Virus record (IMG/VR): IMGVR_UViG_3300037408_000251
Source: a virus
Strand: one strand, 5' to 3'
DNA: 35,778 nucleotides
The notes beneath the pieces were generated by a model. The model saw only the letters and a list, made by a program, of their open reading frames with translations, was not told the DNA's origin and did not search any database. This document shows, piece by piece, positions 22,604-32,305 of the stretch. The position numbers and the translations under genes are program-made. How positions within the stretch are numbered: the stretch's first letter is position 1; each line of letters opens with the position of its first letter.

Positions 22604-22660
22604 AAAAGTGACCAAGCCGGCCGCATAAGTTCACGCCGGCCCGCTAGTCTGGCGGCATGG
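22603..22660 (+). promoter_or_regulatory. Conserved 58-nt element, copy 2 (candidate late promoter ahead of the head-tail/tail genes)
   Basis: See copy 1. TAGTCT lies 6 nt before the ATG at 22657. Confidence 0.55.
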
Positions 22661-23025
22661 GAAATCCCTTCGCCGCCATCGAATCCGCCATCAACTGCGC
22701 CACCCTCGGCGTGCTCAACAACGCCACCGCGCGCATCGGCGGCGTGTCGATCAACGGCATTTTCGATGACAACTACGTCGACCGCCTCGGCATGGCCAGC
22801 AGCGGCCCGGCTTTCACCTGCCTCACCGAGCTGCCGGCCATGCACCAGACCACCGTGATGGCAGACAACCGCCGCCGCGACCGCGAAAGAGGCACGCAGT
22901 CGGTGCCGGTCGACACCACCTACGGCACCGCCGTCAGCATCACCTACAAGGGCAGGACCAGCGCCTACACGGTGGCCGAGCTGCAGCACGACGGCGCCGG
23001 CATGACGGTGATTCTGCTGAAATGA
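22657..23025 (+). CDS. Head-tail joining protein
   Basis: 122 aa with ...INGIFDDNYVD...GPAFTCLTELP...ITYKGRTSAYTVAELQHDGAGMTVILLK, the pattern of the phage head-tail joining family. Confidence 0.65.
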   Translation: MGNPFAAIESAINCATLGVLNNATARIGGVSINGIFDDNYVDRLGMASSGPAFTCLTELPAMHQTTVMADNRRRDRERGTQSVPVDTTYGTAVSITYKGRTSAYTVAELQHDGAGMTVILLK

Positions 23026-23420
23026 GCACCCGCGAATCCATCATCGCCGCCGCCGCCGCCGCCCTGGTGACGGCCAACGTCGCTGGCGGCCGTGTCTACC
23101 GCAGCCGGCAGGAGGCATTGACCACGCTGCCTGCCGTGATCGTCGAGCCGCTGTCCGAATCCGCCGACGAAATGCCGCTCGGCATGCTCGACCGCACCCT
23201 GTTCGTCGCCGTCAGCGTCCACGCCAGCGGCGACCCGGGCGACAACGCAGCCGACTCCACCGTCGCGCTGGTCGAGTCCACCCTGCTGGCCGACCGCGAT
23301 CTCGGCCTCGGCCCCGAAGTGCAGATCCGCAGCGCCGTCGACACCCGCTGGGAGTTCGACGACCAGGACATGGTTCGCGTCACCCTCACCTTCAACGTCA
23401 GCTACCGCACAGCCCTATGA
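23022..23420 (+). CDS. Neck/tail-terminator-like protein (DUF3168-like)
   Basis: 132 aa: SIIAAAAAALVTANVAGGRVYRSRQEALTTLPAVIVEP... Lies directly upstream of the tail tube gene. Confidence 0.55.
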   Translation: MSTRESIIAAAAAALVTANVAGGRVYRSRQEALTTLPAVIVEPLSESADEMPLGMLDRTLFVAVSVHASGDPGDNAADSTVALVESTLLADRDLGLGPEVQIRSAVDTRWEFDDQDMVRVTLTFNVSYRTAL

Positions 23421-23521
23421 AAACCCGCCCCGGATTTATCTACGACGAGGAAAGCCATCAATGGCTGCCCGTTCAGCCCGAACCGCAACCCGAGCCGGCC
23501 ACGGCTCCCATTGAGGACTAA
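23417..23521 (+). CDS. Possible 34-aa protein
   Basis: Own translation: MKTRPGFIYDEESHQWLPVQPEPQPEPATAPIED. ATGA overlap with the upstream stop. Ends 3 nt before the tail tube start. Confidence 0.3.
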   Translation: MKTRPGFIYDEESHQWLPVQPEPQPEPATAPIED

Positions 23522-23524
23522 CCC

Positions 23525-24514
23525 ATGCCGCGCTATATCCGCAATACCGTCATCCTCGCCGAAACCGAGATCACCTACGCGCTCGACCCCACGCCCACCG
23601 GCGCAGACAACGCCATCCTGGTGTCGAACGTCACCATCAACCCGCTGGTCAGCAACAACGTCGACCGCGATTTGGTCAGGCCCTACTTCGGCGGCAGCGA
23701 GCAGCTCGTCGGCTCCAGCTACGTCGAGATGACGATGGACGTCGAATTCCAGCACAGCGGCACCGCCGGCACCGCCGCCAAGTGGGATCCGCTGCTGCAG
23801 GCGTGCGGCTTCGCTGCTGGATCGTCTCTGCTCACTCCCGCCCGCGTCGAGCACCTGCTCGCCAGCGACTATTCGGCGATGAAGTCGGTCACCATCTATT
23901 ACCACCTCGACGGCGCGCTGCACAAGCTCACCGGCGCGCGCGGCACCTTCACCGTCAACATGAACGTCGGCGAGCGGCCCGTCATGAGCTTCCGCTTCGT
24001 CGGCCTCGATGGCGGCGTCACCGCAGCGGCCAACGCCTCGCCCACGCTCACCGGCTTCAAGACCCCGCTGGTCGTCACCGACACCAATACCGGCGCGGTC
24101 ACCCTCGGCTGCACCTACGCCACCGGCGCGCTGTCGTCTGGCACCGAATACGTCTCCGGCGGCTTCGAGTTCGACATGGGCAACCAGGTGGAATTCATCG
24201 ACCTGCTCGGCACCGCATCTGCCGCAGGGCAGAGCGTCGATATCACCCAGCGCGTGATGACCGGCCGCATCCGCCTCGACCTCACCGCCAGCCAGGAGGC
24301 CACGTTCCACACCAACATCAAGGCCAACACCACGCAGTCGGTCGGCGTCGTCCACGGCACCACCGCCGGATTCAAGATGCTGGTGTTCCTGGCCAACGTG
24401 CAGCTGATCAACCCCAGCGTCGAAGACGTCAACGGCCGCATGATGCTGGCCTACGACATGCGCGTGCTGCCGAGCACCGCCGGCAACGACGAAATCAAGA
24501 TCGTGGGCCTGTAA
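23525..24514 (+). CDS. Major tail (tube) protein
   Basis: 329 aa, beta-rich, lying immediately before the G/GT chaperone pair and the tape measure. Confidence 0.75.
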   Translation: MPRYIRNTVILAETEITYALDPTPTGADNAILVSNVTINPLVSNNVDRDLVRPYFGGSEQLVGSSYVEMTMDVEFQHSGTAGTAAKWDPLLQACGFAAGSSLLTPARVEHLLASDYSAMKSVTIYYHLDGALHKLTGARGTFTVNMNVGERPVMSFRFVGLDGGVTAAANASPTLTGFKTPLVVTDTNTGAVTLGCTYATGALSSGTEYVSGGFEFDMGNQVEFIDLLGTASAAGQSVDITQRVMTGRIRLDLTASQEATFHTNIKANTTQSVGVVHGTTAGFKMLVFLANVQLINPSVEDVNGRMMLAYDMRVLPSTAGNDEIKIVGL

Positions 24515-24823
24515 ATGCTCAAGATCGCACCGTCGCCCACCTTCGTCGCCAGCGTCGCCATCCCCGTGCCGGGTGGCGAGCAGCAGCTGGTCAACTTCAC
24601 TTTCAACCACATGGGCAAGGCCGCGCTCAAGGCGTGGATCGAAGCCGCGCGCGATCGTGAAGACATCGACAGCATCGCCAGCATCGTCTGCGGCTGGGAC
24701 GGCATCGACGCCGAGTTCAGCATGCAGAACCTCGCCGCGCTGCTCGACGCCTACCCGAGCGCAGCGGTCGCCGTGCTCGAGGCCTACGTCGGCGAGCTGG
24801 GCAAGGCCGCAGCAAAAAACTGA
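24515..24823 (+). CDS. Tail assembly chaperone, G-like
   Basis: 102 aa lying between the tube and tape measure genes. Ends in GCA AAA AAC TGA, which contains a slippery heptamer. Confidence 0.85.
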   Translation: MLKIAPSPTFVASVAIPVPGGEQQLVNFTFNHMGKAALKAWIEAARDREDIDSIASIVCGWDGIDAEFSMQNLAALLDAYPSAAVAVLEAYVGELGKAAAKN

Positions 24824-25137
24824 GGGCCGCCGCCCGGCACCTGGTCGGCGGCGGACCGGACGACACCGCAGCGGCCCTGGCCGCGATGGGCATGAAGCTG
24901 GAAGGCCCCGGCAACGAGCCCGGCATCTGGCCCGAGCATGTGCAGGCCGTCGAGGTGTTTGCCGCATTGCTGACGCAGTGGCGCATGGGTCCGATGGGCG
25001 GTGTGGTCGGGCTGGATTACAGCGCCATCCCGCCCACGCTCGACTTGCTGGAGGTGGCGCGCGAAGGCCGCCGCGAACTGTTTGAAATGCTGCGCGTGAT
25101 GGAGAACGAAGCCGTCAAGGTACTCAACGAAAAATGA
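24515..25137 (+). CDS. Tail assembly chaperone GT-like product made by -1 programmed frameshift at 24814..24820
   Basis: After the slip the -1 frame reads ...AAKKLRAAARHLVGGGPDDTAAALAAMGMKLEGPGNEPGIWPEHVQAVEVF..., joining ORF 24886..25137 with no stop in between. The stop overlaps the tape measure start. Confidence 0.75.
24814..24820 (+). promoter_or_regulatory. Slippery heptanucleotide A_AAA_AAC (recoding signal)
   Basis: In the zero frame the codons are GCA AAA AAC, giving X_XXY_YYZ = A_AAA_AAC. It lies 1 codon before the G stop. Confidence 0.75.
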
Positions 25138-27605
25138 GCAACAGCATCCAGGTCATCCTCTCCGCCGTCGACCAGTTATCCGGCCCGCTCGGGTCAGCTG
25201 GCCGCAAGCTCGACGACTTCGGCGCCAAGGCCGAGCACATCGGCCGCAAGCTCGAATCTGCTGGCCTGCGCATCGGCGCCATCGGCACGGCAGGGCAGGC
25301 AGGACTCAGCCGGCTTGGGCTGGACCTCAACACCCTGACGGGAAACGCCATCGACGCAGAAAAAGCGCTCTACGGCATTGCAAACACCGCAGGATTCTCT
25401 GGCGAAAAAGCCCGAGCGATGGTCGGCGAGTGGACTATCGCCGTCAACCAGATCGCCGTCGCCACAAACCAGTCGCAAGACCGCATCACCGCCGCATTCA
25501 ACGACATGATCGCCAAGGGTGTCGGCCCCGAGTCTGCGGTGGCGATGCTCAAGCCAATCGGCCAGGCCGCCACCGCAGCGGGTGCCGACATTCAGGACAT
25601 GGCCAGCGCGGCACAGGCCAGCTTCAGCAAACTGCAGATCCCGGTCGAGGATGTCGCCAAGTCGCTCGACATCATGGCGCAGGCCGGCAAAGCAGGCGCG
25701 TTCGAGCTGCGCGACATGGCCGGCTATTTCGACAAGCTCACCGCCAGCGCCAGCAACCTCGGCATCAAAGGCCAGGAGGGCCTGGCCAGCCTGTCAGCAG
25801 CAGCGCAGATCGCCCGCCGCGGCACCGGCGACGCAGCGCAGGCCGCCACCAATCTCGACAACTTCCTCACCAAGCTCAACGCATCGGTCACCTACAAGGC
25901 TTTCGACAAGATCGGCGTCGACCTGGAGAAGCTCAAAACCGAAGCCAAGGCCAGCGGCGACTATCTCGGCTACATGGCGCAGGAGATACAGCGGCTCACC
26001 GGCGGCGACACCGCCCGTGTTGCCGCGCTGTTCAACGACGTGCAAGCCGGCGCGTTCATCCAGGGCATGCTGCGCGACCTGGAAGACTACAAAAAGATCC
26101 GCGAGGAATCCCTGGCTGCCAACGGCGTGGCGGCGCAGGACTTCGCTACCGCCATGCAGTCGGCCGGCGCGCAGATAGAAGCGTTCAAGATTGCCGCATC
26201 GGGAGCGGTACAGAGCAGTGAAGCGCTCAAGTCTATGCTTGCGACATTGAAAGGCGTCGCCACATGGGCAAACGAAAACCCAGAGCTGGCCAAGTGGCTC
26301 ATCTTTGGCACGGCCGGCCTGGCCGTAGGGGGCGCAGCGATCGCCGGGATCGGCGCCGTCGTCACCGCCATCGGCAGTTTGTCTGGCGCGCTGGCCGGCC
26401 TGGCAGCGTTCCTCGCTGCCAACCCCGTGGTGATTGCCATTCTCGGTTTGGGCGCCACGGCGGTCGCGGCGTTCAAGATCGGCACCTTTCTATCCGAGCA
26501 GATCGACATCGCCCTCAAGGCCGTCAGTGGCGGCAAGTTCCAGAGCCTCGGATCGGCCATCTACGACATGGTTCAGTGGTTCAAGGAGCTGCCGGCCCGC
26601 ATCAAGACCGCGCTCGGCGGATTCGTCGCCGACATGAAAAAAGTCGGCATCCAGATCGTCGACGGCCTGATCGCCGGAATGAAGGAGCGCGCCCGCGCCT
26701 TCGTCGATAGCGTCAAGGGCGTCGGCGCAGACGCTTACAAGGGCATCAAGGACTTTTTCGGCATCAAGTCGCCGTCCACGCTGATGGCCGAAGTCGGCGA
26801 GAACATCGGCCTCGGCATGGCGCAAGGCATCGAGGCCAGCCTGCCCACCGTGCAGGCCGCCGCCAGCCAGCTCGCCGAGGTGATCCCGGTCACCCTCGCC
26901 AGCCAGCCGCGCAACGCCGACGGCAGCTTCAAGAGCCGCGCCGACGCCGCCAGCCATGGCAGCGGCATGCTCGGCGGGCTGAATGAATACGTCGCCGGCA
27001 TCCAGAGCGTCATGGCCAAGGCCAAGGACGTGGTCGTCACCGCGTTCAAGGGCATGGAGGATGCCATGGTGCAGTTCGTCGAAACCGGCAAGCTCGATTT
27101 CAAGAGCCTGGTCGACAGCATCCTCTCCGACATCGCCCGCGTCGCCATCCAGCAAAGCATCACCCAGCCGCTGGCGTCGTTCTTCGGCAGCCTGTTCGCC
27201 AGCGCCAACGGCAACGCCTTCACCAACGCCCCGGCCCTGTCTGCCTACTCCGGCCAGATCGTCAACAAACCAACATTATTCCCGTTCGCCAACGGTGGCG
27301 TGCCGAACATTGGTCTGATGGGCGAAACCGGCAACCCGGGCGAAGCGATTTTGCCATTGAAGCGCGGTGCAGGTGGCGTGCTTGGCGTGAATGCCGCGGG
27401 CAACGTGCAGGTCAACGTCGTCAACAACGCCAGCGGCACCCAGGCCACCGCCACCGAGCGCATGGAAGGCAACACCCGCATCATTGACGTGATGATCGAC
27501 CAGGTGCGCGGCATGATCGCCGGCGACATCGCCAAGGGCGGCAACGCCGTCAGCGGCTCGCTCGAACGAACATACGGCCTTAACCGCGCCGCCGGGACAT
27601 ACTGA
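25134..27605 (+). CDS. Tape measure protein
   Basis: 823 aa, Ala/Gly-rich and helical with an internal hydrophobic segment. Canonical position after G/GT. Confidence 0.9.
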   Translation: MSNSIQVILSAVDQLSGPLGSAGRKLDDFGAKAEHIGRKLESAGLRIGAIGTAGQAGLSRLGLDLNTLTGNAIDAEKALYGIANTAGFSGEKARAMVGEWTIAVNQIAVATNQSQDRITAAFNDMIAKGVGPESAVAMLKPIGQAATAAGADIQDMASAAQASFSKLQIPVEDVAKSLDIMAQAGKAGAFELRDMAGYFDKLTASASNLGIKGQEGLASLSAAAQIARRGTGDAAQAATNLDNFLTKLNASVTYKAFDKIGVDLEKLKTEAKASGDYLGYMAQEIQRLTGGDTARVAALFNDVQAGAFIQGMLRDLEDYKKIREESLAANGVAAQDFATAMQSAGAQIEAFKIAASGAVQSSEALKSMLATLKGVATWANENPELAKWLIFGTAGLAVGGAAIAGIGAVVTAIGSLSGALAGLAAFLAANPVVIAILGLGATAVAAFKIGTFLSEQIDIALKAVSGGKFQSLGSAIYDMVQWFKELPARIKTALGGFVADMKKVGIQIVDGLIAGMKERARAFVDSVKGVGADAYKGIKDFFGIKSPSTLMAEVGENIGLGMAQGIEASLPTVQAAASQLAEVIPVTLASQPRNADGSFKSRADAASHGSGMLGGLNEYVAGIQSVMAKAKDVVVTAFKGMEDAMVQFVETGKLDFKSLVDSILSDIARVAIQQSITQPLASFFGSLFASANGNAFTNAPALSAYSGQIVNKPTLFPFANGGVPNIGLMGETGNPGEAILPLKRGAGGVLGVNAAGNVQVNVVNNASGTQATATERMEGNTRIIDVMIDQVRGMIAGDIAKGGNAVSGSLERTYGLNRAAGTY

Positions 27606-27606
27606 C

Positions 27607-27990
27607 ATGGCAACCTGGCCCGCCACCCTGCCCAGCCCGACCAAGGCATCCTATTCAGTCAACATGCAGGACCAGTGCGTGCGCACCGACTTCGAGGCCG
27701 GCAACCCGCGGGTTCGCCGCCGCACCGCCGCGCGCATCGACCACATCGACCTGTCGTGGACCTTCACCGACGCCGAACTGGCCGAGTTCCGCGCCTGGTA
27801 TGAAGACAGCAGCACCGGCATCAGCGGCGGCGCGAGCTGGTTCGACATCGACCTGGCTGTGGGCGATAGCGGCATCAACAGCATCGAGGCGCGCTTCACC
27901 CGCACCTTCGTCGCCAGACTGCAGCCCGGCCTCAACTGGTCGGTCGAGGCCCAGGTGGAAACGCGCACCACCGCGTCGCTGCCGGATTAA
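27607..27990 (+). CDS. Minor tail protein (gpM position)
   Basis: 127 aa, the first gene after the tape measure. Confidence 0.6.
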   Translation: MATWPATLPSPTKASYSVNMQDQCVRTDFEAGNPRVRRRTAARIDHIDLSWTFTDAELAEFRAWYEDSSTGISGGASWFDIDLAVGDSGINSIEARFTRTFVARLQPGLNWSVEAQVETRTTASLPD

Positions 27991-27999
27991 GGTGCGCTG

Positions 28000-28527
28000 A
28001 TGCCCGACCCGAACCTCTCCGCAGCGCTTCAGGAAGCCTACGCCAGCGCGCCGTCGAACGAGATCATCTACCACACGCTGGAGATCAACCACCCCGATTT
28101 CAGCGTGCCGATCCGCGTGGTGCGCGATGCCGTCGACCTGACGGCCACGCTCGAAGCCAGCGCCCCCACCGACCCGAGCACCGAAGTCACCTTCACCCCA
28201 TTCAGCTTCGACGTGGTGCCGCCCGACGTGCAGAGCCTCGGCATGCCGTCATGCACCATCGAGATCGACAACGTATCGCGCGAGATCCTCGCGCAGATCG
28301 AGTCGGCCGTCAGCAGCACCGACCTAATCACCGTCATTTACCGGCAGTACCTCAGCAGCAACCTCGCCGCGCCGGAGAACGACCCGCCGCTGACGCTGAC
28401 CGTGCTGGCCATCACCGCCGACGTGTTCCGCATCCGCGCCACCTGCGGATTCGGCGACCTGGTGAATAAGCGCTTCCCGTCGGTCAACTACACAGCCGAC
28501 CAGTTCCCCGGCCTGATCGCCACATGA
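28000..28527 (+). CDS. Minor tail protein, DUF1833/gpL-like
   Basis: 175 aa with SNEIIYHTLEINHPDFSVPIRVV, the DUF1833 signature. Confidence 0.7.
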   Translation: MPDPNLSAALQEAYASAPSNEIIYHTLEINHPDFSVPIRVVRDAVDLTATLEASAPTDPSTEVTFTPFSFDVVPPDVQSLGMPSCTIEIDNVSREILAQIESAVSSTDLITVIYRQYLSSNLAAPENDPPLTLTVLAITADVFRIRATCGFGDLVNKRFPSVNYTADQFPGLIAT

Positions 28528-28898
28528 GCCACTGGATAACCGAATATATCGGACTGCCCTGGGTGGCGGGTGAAAACGACTGCTGGGCGTTTTTTCGCCG
28601 GGTGCAGCGCGAGCGCTTCGGCCTCGACCTGCCGGCGGTGGATGTCGATGCCATGAGCGTGCGCGCCTGCGCCAATGCGCTGACCGGCGACCCCGAGCGC
28701 AGCAACTGGACCAGCGAAGCCATCCCGCTCGAAGGCGACGCGGTGCTGATGGCGCGCGGCAAGCATCCCATCCATATCGGCATGTGGGCGGCAGGTGGTG
28801 TGCTGCACTGCGTCGAGCATAGCGGCGTGGTGTTCCAGAGCGTGCCCAGCCTCAAGATGGCCGGCTGGAACCATATCCACTTTTACCGGCACGTCTGA
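28524..28898 (+). CDS. NlpC/P60-family tail protein (gpK-like)
   Basis: 124 aa with GENDCWAFFRRV...HIGMW...VLHCVEHSGV, a Cys-His-His papain-like triad pattern. Confidence 0.75.
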   Translation: MSHWITEYIGLPWVAGENDCWAFFRRVQRERFGLDLPAVDVDAMSVRACANALTGDPERSNWTSEAIPLEGDAVLMARGKHPIHIGMWAAGGVLHCVEHSGVVFQSVPSLKMAGWNHIHFYRHV

Positions 28899-31800
28899 TG
28901 CAAGCCACCGTCTCGATCATCCACGACCCATTCCACCCCATGCGCGGTCGCGAGGTGCGCGCCGTGCTGTCGCCGGTAACGCTGGGCGATCTGGCCCCGG
29001 CCACGCAAAAGCCTTTCATCTGCCTGCGCAACGGCGAGGCGGTGCTGCGCCGCGACTGGTCGGAGCGGGTGAGCGACGCCGACGTGATCGCCTTCGTCAC
29101 CCTGCCGCAAGGCGGCGGCGGCGGCTCAAATCCGCTGCGCATCCTGCTGATGATCGCGGTGATCGCCTTCGCGCCGTATGCGTCCGGGTTCGTCAATGCC
29201 GCCTTGGGGCTCGGCCTGGGCGCCACCGGCATCGGCGTGCTGTCGGCGGGCATCGTCGCCGCCGGCTCGATGCTGATCAACGCCCTGATCCCGCCGCCCA
29301 AGCCGCCATCCTTCGCCAGCGCCGCCTCGCTCGCCGCACCGTCGCCCACCTACAGCCTGCAAAGCCAGGGCAACTACGCCCGGCTGGAATCGGCCATCCC
29401 GGTGCAGTACGGGCGCGTCAAGCTGTTCCCCGACTTCGGCGCGCAGCCGTATGCCGAGTATTCCGGCAACGAGCAGTACCTGTATCAGCTGATGGTGCTC
29501 GGCCAGGGCGAGTTCGAGGTCGAGTCCATCAACATCGAAGACACCCCGATCACCAGCTTCGATGAGATCACCACCGAGATCATCCCGCCCGGCGGCACGC
29601 TGACGCTGTTCCCGTCCAACGTCTCGACCAGCATCGAGGTCAGCGGGCAGGAACTGGCCGGCATCAAGGCCGCCACCTATGCCCGCACCCTCACCACCGT
29701 CACCGTCACCGAGACGGCGCACGGCAGGGCATCGGGCCAGTGGGTCTACTTCGACGCCACCAGCGGCGCGGCGACCGATGGCGCGTTCCAGATTGCCACA
29801 GTGCCGACTGCCGACACCTACACCTTCACCCACACGGCGAGCGGGTCGGTGACTGCTGGCGCAACCTGCAACATCCACACCTACCTCGGCCCCTTTGTCG
29901 CCAACGCCGCCACCACCGACGCCAACGCGCTCGGCATCGACGTCATCCTCAGCCGCGGCCTATACAAGTTCAACAGCGTCAGCGGCGCGACCGAATCGGA
30001 CACGGTGTCATTCATCATCGAGGCACAGGAAGTCGACGACAGCGGCAGCCCGGTCGGCTCGTGGACGCAGCTCGCCGACACCACCCTCACCGCCGCCACC
30101 ACCACCCCGCAGCGCTACAGCTACCGCCACGACACCACCGCCGCCCGCTACCAGGTTCGCATGCGCCGCACCGACGCCAAGCAGACCGATCCGTCGTATG
30201 GCAACGACGTGCTGTGGGGCGGCCTGCGCGCCTACCTGCCGGACAGCCGCGACTTCGGCAACGTCACCCTGCTGGCGATGATCATGCGCGCCTCGAACAA
30301 CCTCAGCATGCAGGCGAGCCGCAAGATCAACGTCGTCGCCACCCGCAAGCTGCTGACCTGGGACCCGGTCGGCGAATGGAGTGCCAGCGCCACGGCCACC
30401 CGATCGATCGCCTGGGCCTTGGCCGACGCGCTGACGAACGACATCTACGGCGGCCGACTGCCGGATAGCCGCATCGACCTGCAGGCGCTATACGACCTCG
30501 ACGCCACCTGGGCCGCACGCGGCGACACCTTCGACGGCCGCTTCGACAACTCGGCGACGCTGTGGGAAGGCATCACCCAGATCGCCCAGGCGGGCCGCGC
30601 CAAGCCCTACATCCAGGGCGGCATCGTGCGCTTCGCCCGCGACGAGGCCGCCGAGTTCCCCGTGGCGCTGTTCTCGATGCGCAACATCGTGCGCGGGTCG
30701 TTCGGCATCGAATACATCCTGCCGAGCGAAACCACCGCCGACGCGATCGAGGCGACCTATGTGGACAACAGCACATGGACGCCGCAGACCGTCACCGCCT
30801 ATCTACCAGGCAGCAGCGCGGCCCTGCCGGCCAAGGTCACGCTGTTCGGCGTCACCGGGCGCGAGCAGGCCTACCGCGAGGCCATCTACCAGGCCGCCGC
30901 CAACCGCTACCGCCGCAAGCTGATCAAATTCTCGACCGAGATGGAAGGATTTATTCCCGCATTCGGGGATCTGATCGCCATCCAGCACGACATGCCGGCG
31001 TGGGGACAGTTCGCCGAGGTGATCGCGCAGGAATCGGTTGAGAACCTGTTGAAGTATTCCGAAGACTTCACGCAGTCGATATGGGGCAAGACGCTTACCA
31101 CGATCTCGTCGACCAAGATCACCGGCCCGGACGGCACGACATCGGCCTACAAGCTGCAGGAAACCTCGGCAACCGGATCGCACCAGATCGCCCAGCTTGT
31201 CGGGTCTGAAACTACCCCCGGCAATACCTACACCCGCACCCTGTGGATAAAAGCGGGCGAGCGCTTTCGCGGCACGTTCCAGCTGCGCGACCAGTCGGCG
31301 TCGTCGATCCTGTATGCCAACTTCAACCTTTCCGCCGGCACCATCGATGCCCCGATTGAAACCGGCACGGCATTCACGGTCGGCACATCGTCGATCACCG
31401 CAGTCGGCGATGGCTGGTACAAGCTACAGCTGACCGGCGTGTCAACTTCAACCGATGGCATTCGCGCGTTTTTGCAGATTTACAACGACGCAGGCACCGG
31501 CATCTATGCCGGCACGACGGGCTATGGGTTTTACATCTGGGGCGACCAGCTAACAATTGGCACGCAAAAACCCTATGTCAAAACAAGCAACACCGTTTTA
31601 TCGGCTGAAGTTCTCACCCTGTCTGAGCCGATGGTGTTCGAGGCAAGCGGCACGTCGACCCACTACCTCGGCCTGCGCGCCAAGGATGGCAGCGTCAACG
31701 GCCCCTACGTCTGCACCTGGTCCGATACCGACAAGGTCGCCGTGACGGCGCTCGATATGTCGCCCTACACCGGCAGCGCCTACGAGCGCACGCACGTCAG

Positions 31801-32305
31801 CTTCGGCTGGGGCGAAACCTGGCGGCAGGAAGCCCGCGTCGTCGCCGTGCGGCCCCGTGGCATGTACCAGGTCGAGATCGAAGCAATCAACGAAGACCCG
31901 AGCGTCCACACCGCCGAGACTGGCATCATCGCCCCGGCGGTCAACTCCAGCCAGCTGCCCACGCTTTACACCGCCCCCGTTGTGCGCGGCCTGGTGCTGG
32001 TGAGCCTGCCCAGCGACCCGAGCATCATGCTGATGAGCTGGCAGCAGGCGAGCGGGGCGGATTACTACATCATTGAGCAATCGCAGGACAGCAGCGACTG
32101 GACACGCGTGGCCGAAACCCGCGCCGCCAACTACAGCGGCAAGGCGCTCTACGGCGGGGCGACCATCGTGCGCGTCGCTGCGGTCGGCCTCACGCGCGGC
32201 CCGTGGGTCACGGTCAGCTATGGCGACAGCGCGGATTACATGTGGACGACAGACGGCGCCGCCATGTGGGACGTCGACGATACCGAGTTAATGTGGAGAT
32301 ACTAA
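28898..32305 (+). CDS. Host-specificity/tail tip protein, gpI-like N-terminus fused to a gpJ-like body
   Basis: 1135 aa. The N-terminus carries VIAFVTLPQGGGGGSNPLRILLMIAVIAF (gpI-like Gly run plus hydrophobic segment). This is followed by IPVQYGRVKLFPD..., a J-type core, and a C-terminal FN3-like segment. Confidence 0.85.
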   Translation: MQATVSIIHDPFHPMRGREVRAVLSPVTLGDLAPATQKPFICLRNGEAVLRRDWSERVSDADVIAFVTLPQGGGGGSNPLRILLMIAVIAFAPYASGFVNAALGLGLGATGIGVLSAGIVAAGSMLINALIPPPKPPSFASAASLAAPSPTYSLQSQGNYARLESAIPVQYGRVKLFPDFGAQPYAEYSGNEQYLYQLMVLGQGEFEVESINIEDTPITSFDEITTEIIPPGGTLTLFPSNVSTSIEVSGQELAGIKAATYARTLTTVTVTETAHGRASGQWVYFDATSGAATDGAFQIATVPTADTYTFTHTASGSVTAGATCNIHTYLGPFVANAATTDANALGIDVILSRGLYKFNSVSGATESDTVSFIIEAQEVDDSGSPVGSWTQLADTTLTAATTTPQRYSYRHDTTAARYQVRMRRTDAKQTDPSYGNDVLWGGLRAYLPDSRDFGNVTLLAMIMRASNNLSMQASRKINVVATRKLLTWDPVGEWSASATATRSIAWALADALTNDIYGGRLPDSRIDLQALYDLDATWAARGDTFDGRFDNSATLWEGITQIAQAGRAKPYIQGGIVRFARDEAAEFPVALFSMRNIVRGSFGIEYILPSETTADAIEATYVDNSTWTPQTVTAYLPGSSAALPAKVTLFGVTGREQAYREAIYQAAANRYRRKLIKFSTEMEGFIPAFGDLIAIQHDMPAWGQFAEVIAQESVENLLKYSEDFTQSIWGKTLTTISSTKITGPDGTTSAYKLQETSATGSHQIAQLVGSETTPGNTYTRTLWIKAGERFRGTFQLRDQSASSILYANFNLSAGTIDAPIETGTAFTVGTSSITAVGDGWYKLQLTGVSTSTDGIRAFLQIYNDAGTGIYAGTTGYGFYIWGDQLTIGTQKPYVKTSNTVLSAEVLTLSEPMVFEASGTSTHYLGLRAKDGSVNGPYVCTWSDTDKVAVTALDMSPYTGSAYERTHVSFGWGETWRQEARVVAVRPRGMYQVEIEAINEDPSVHTAETGIIAPAVNSSQLPTLYTAPVVRGLVLVSLPSDPSIMLMSWQQASGADYYIIEQSQDSSDWTRVAETRAANYSGKALYGGATIVRVAAVGLTRGPWVTVSYGDSADYMWTTDGAAMWDVDDTELMWRY

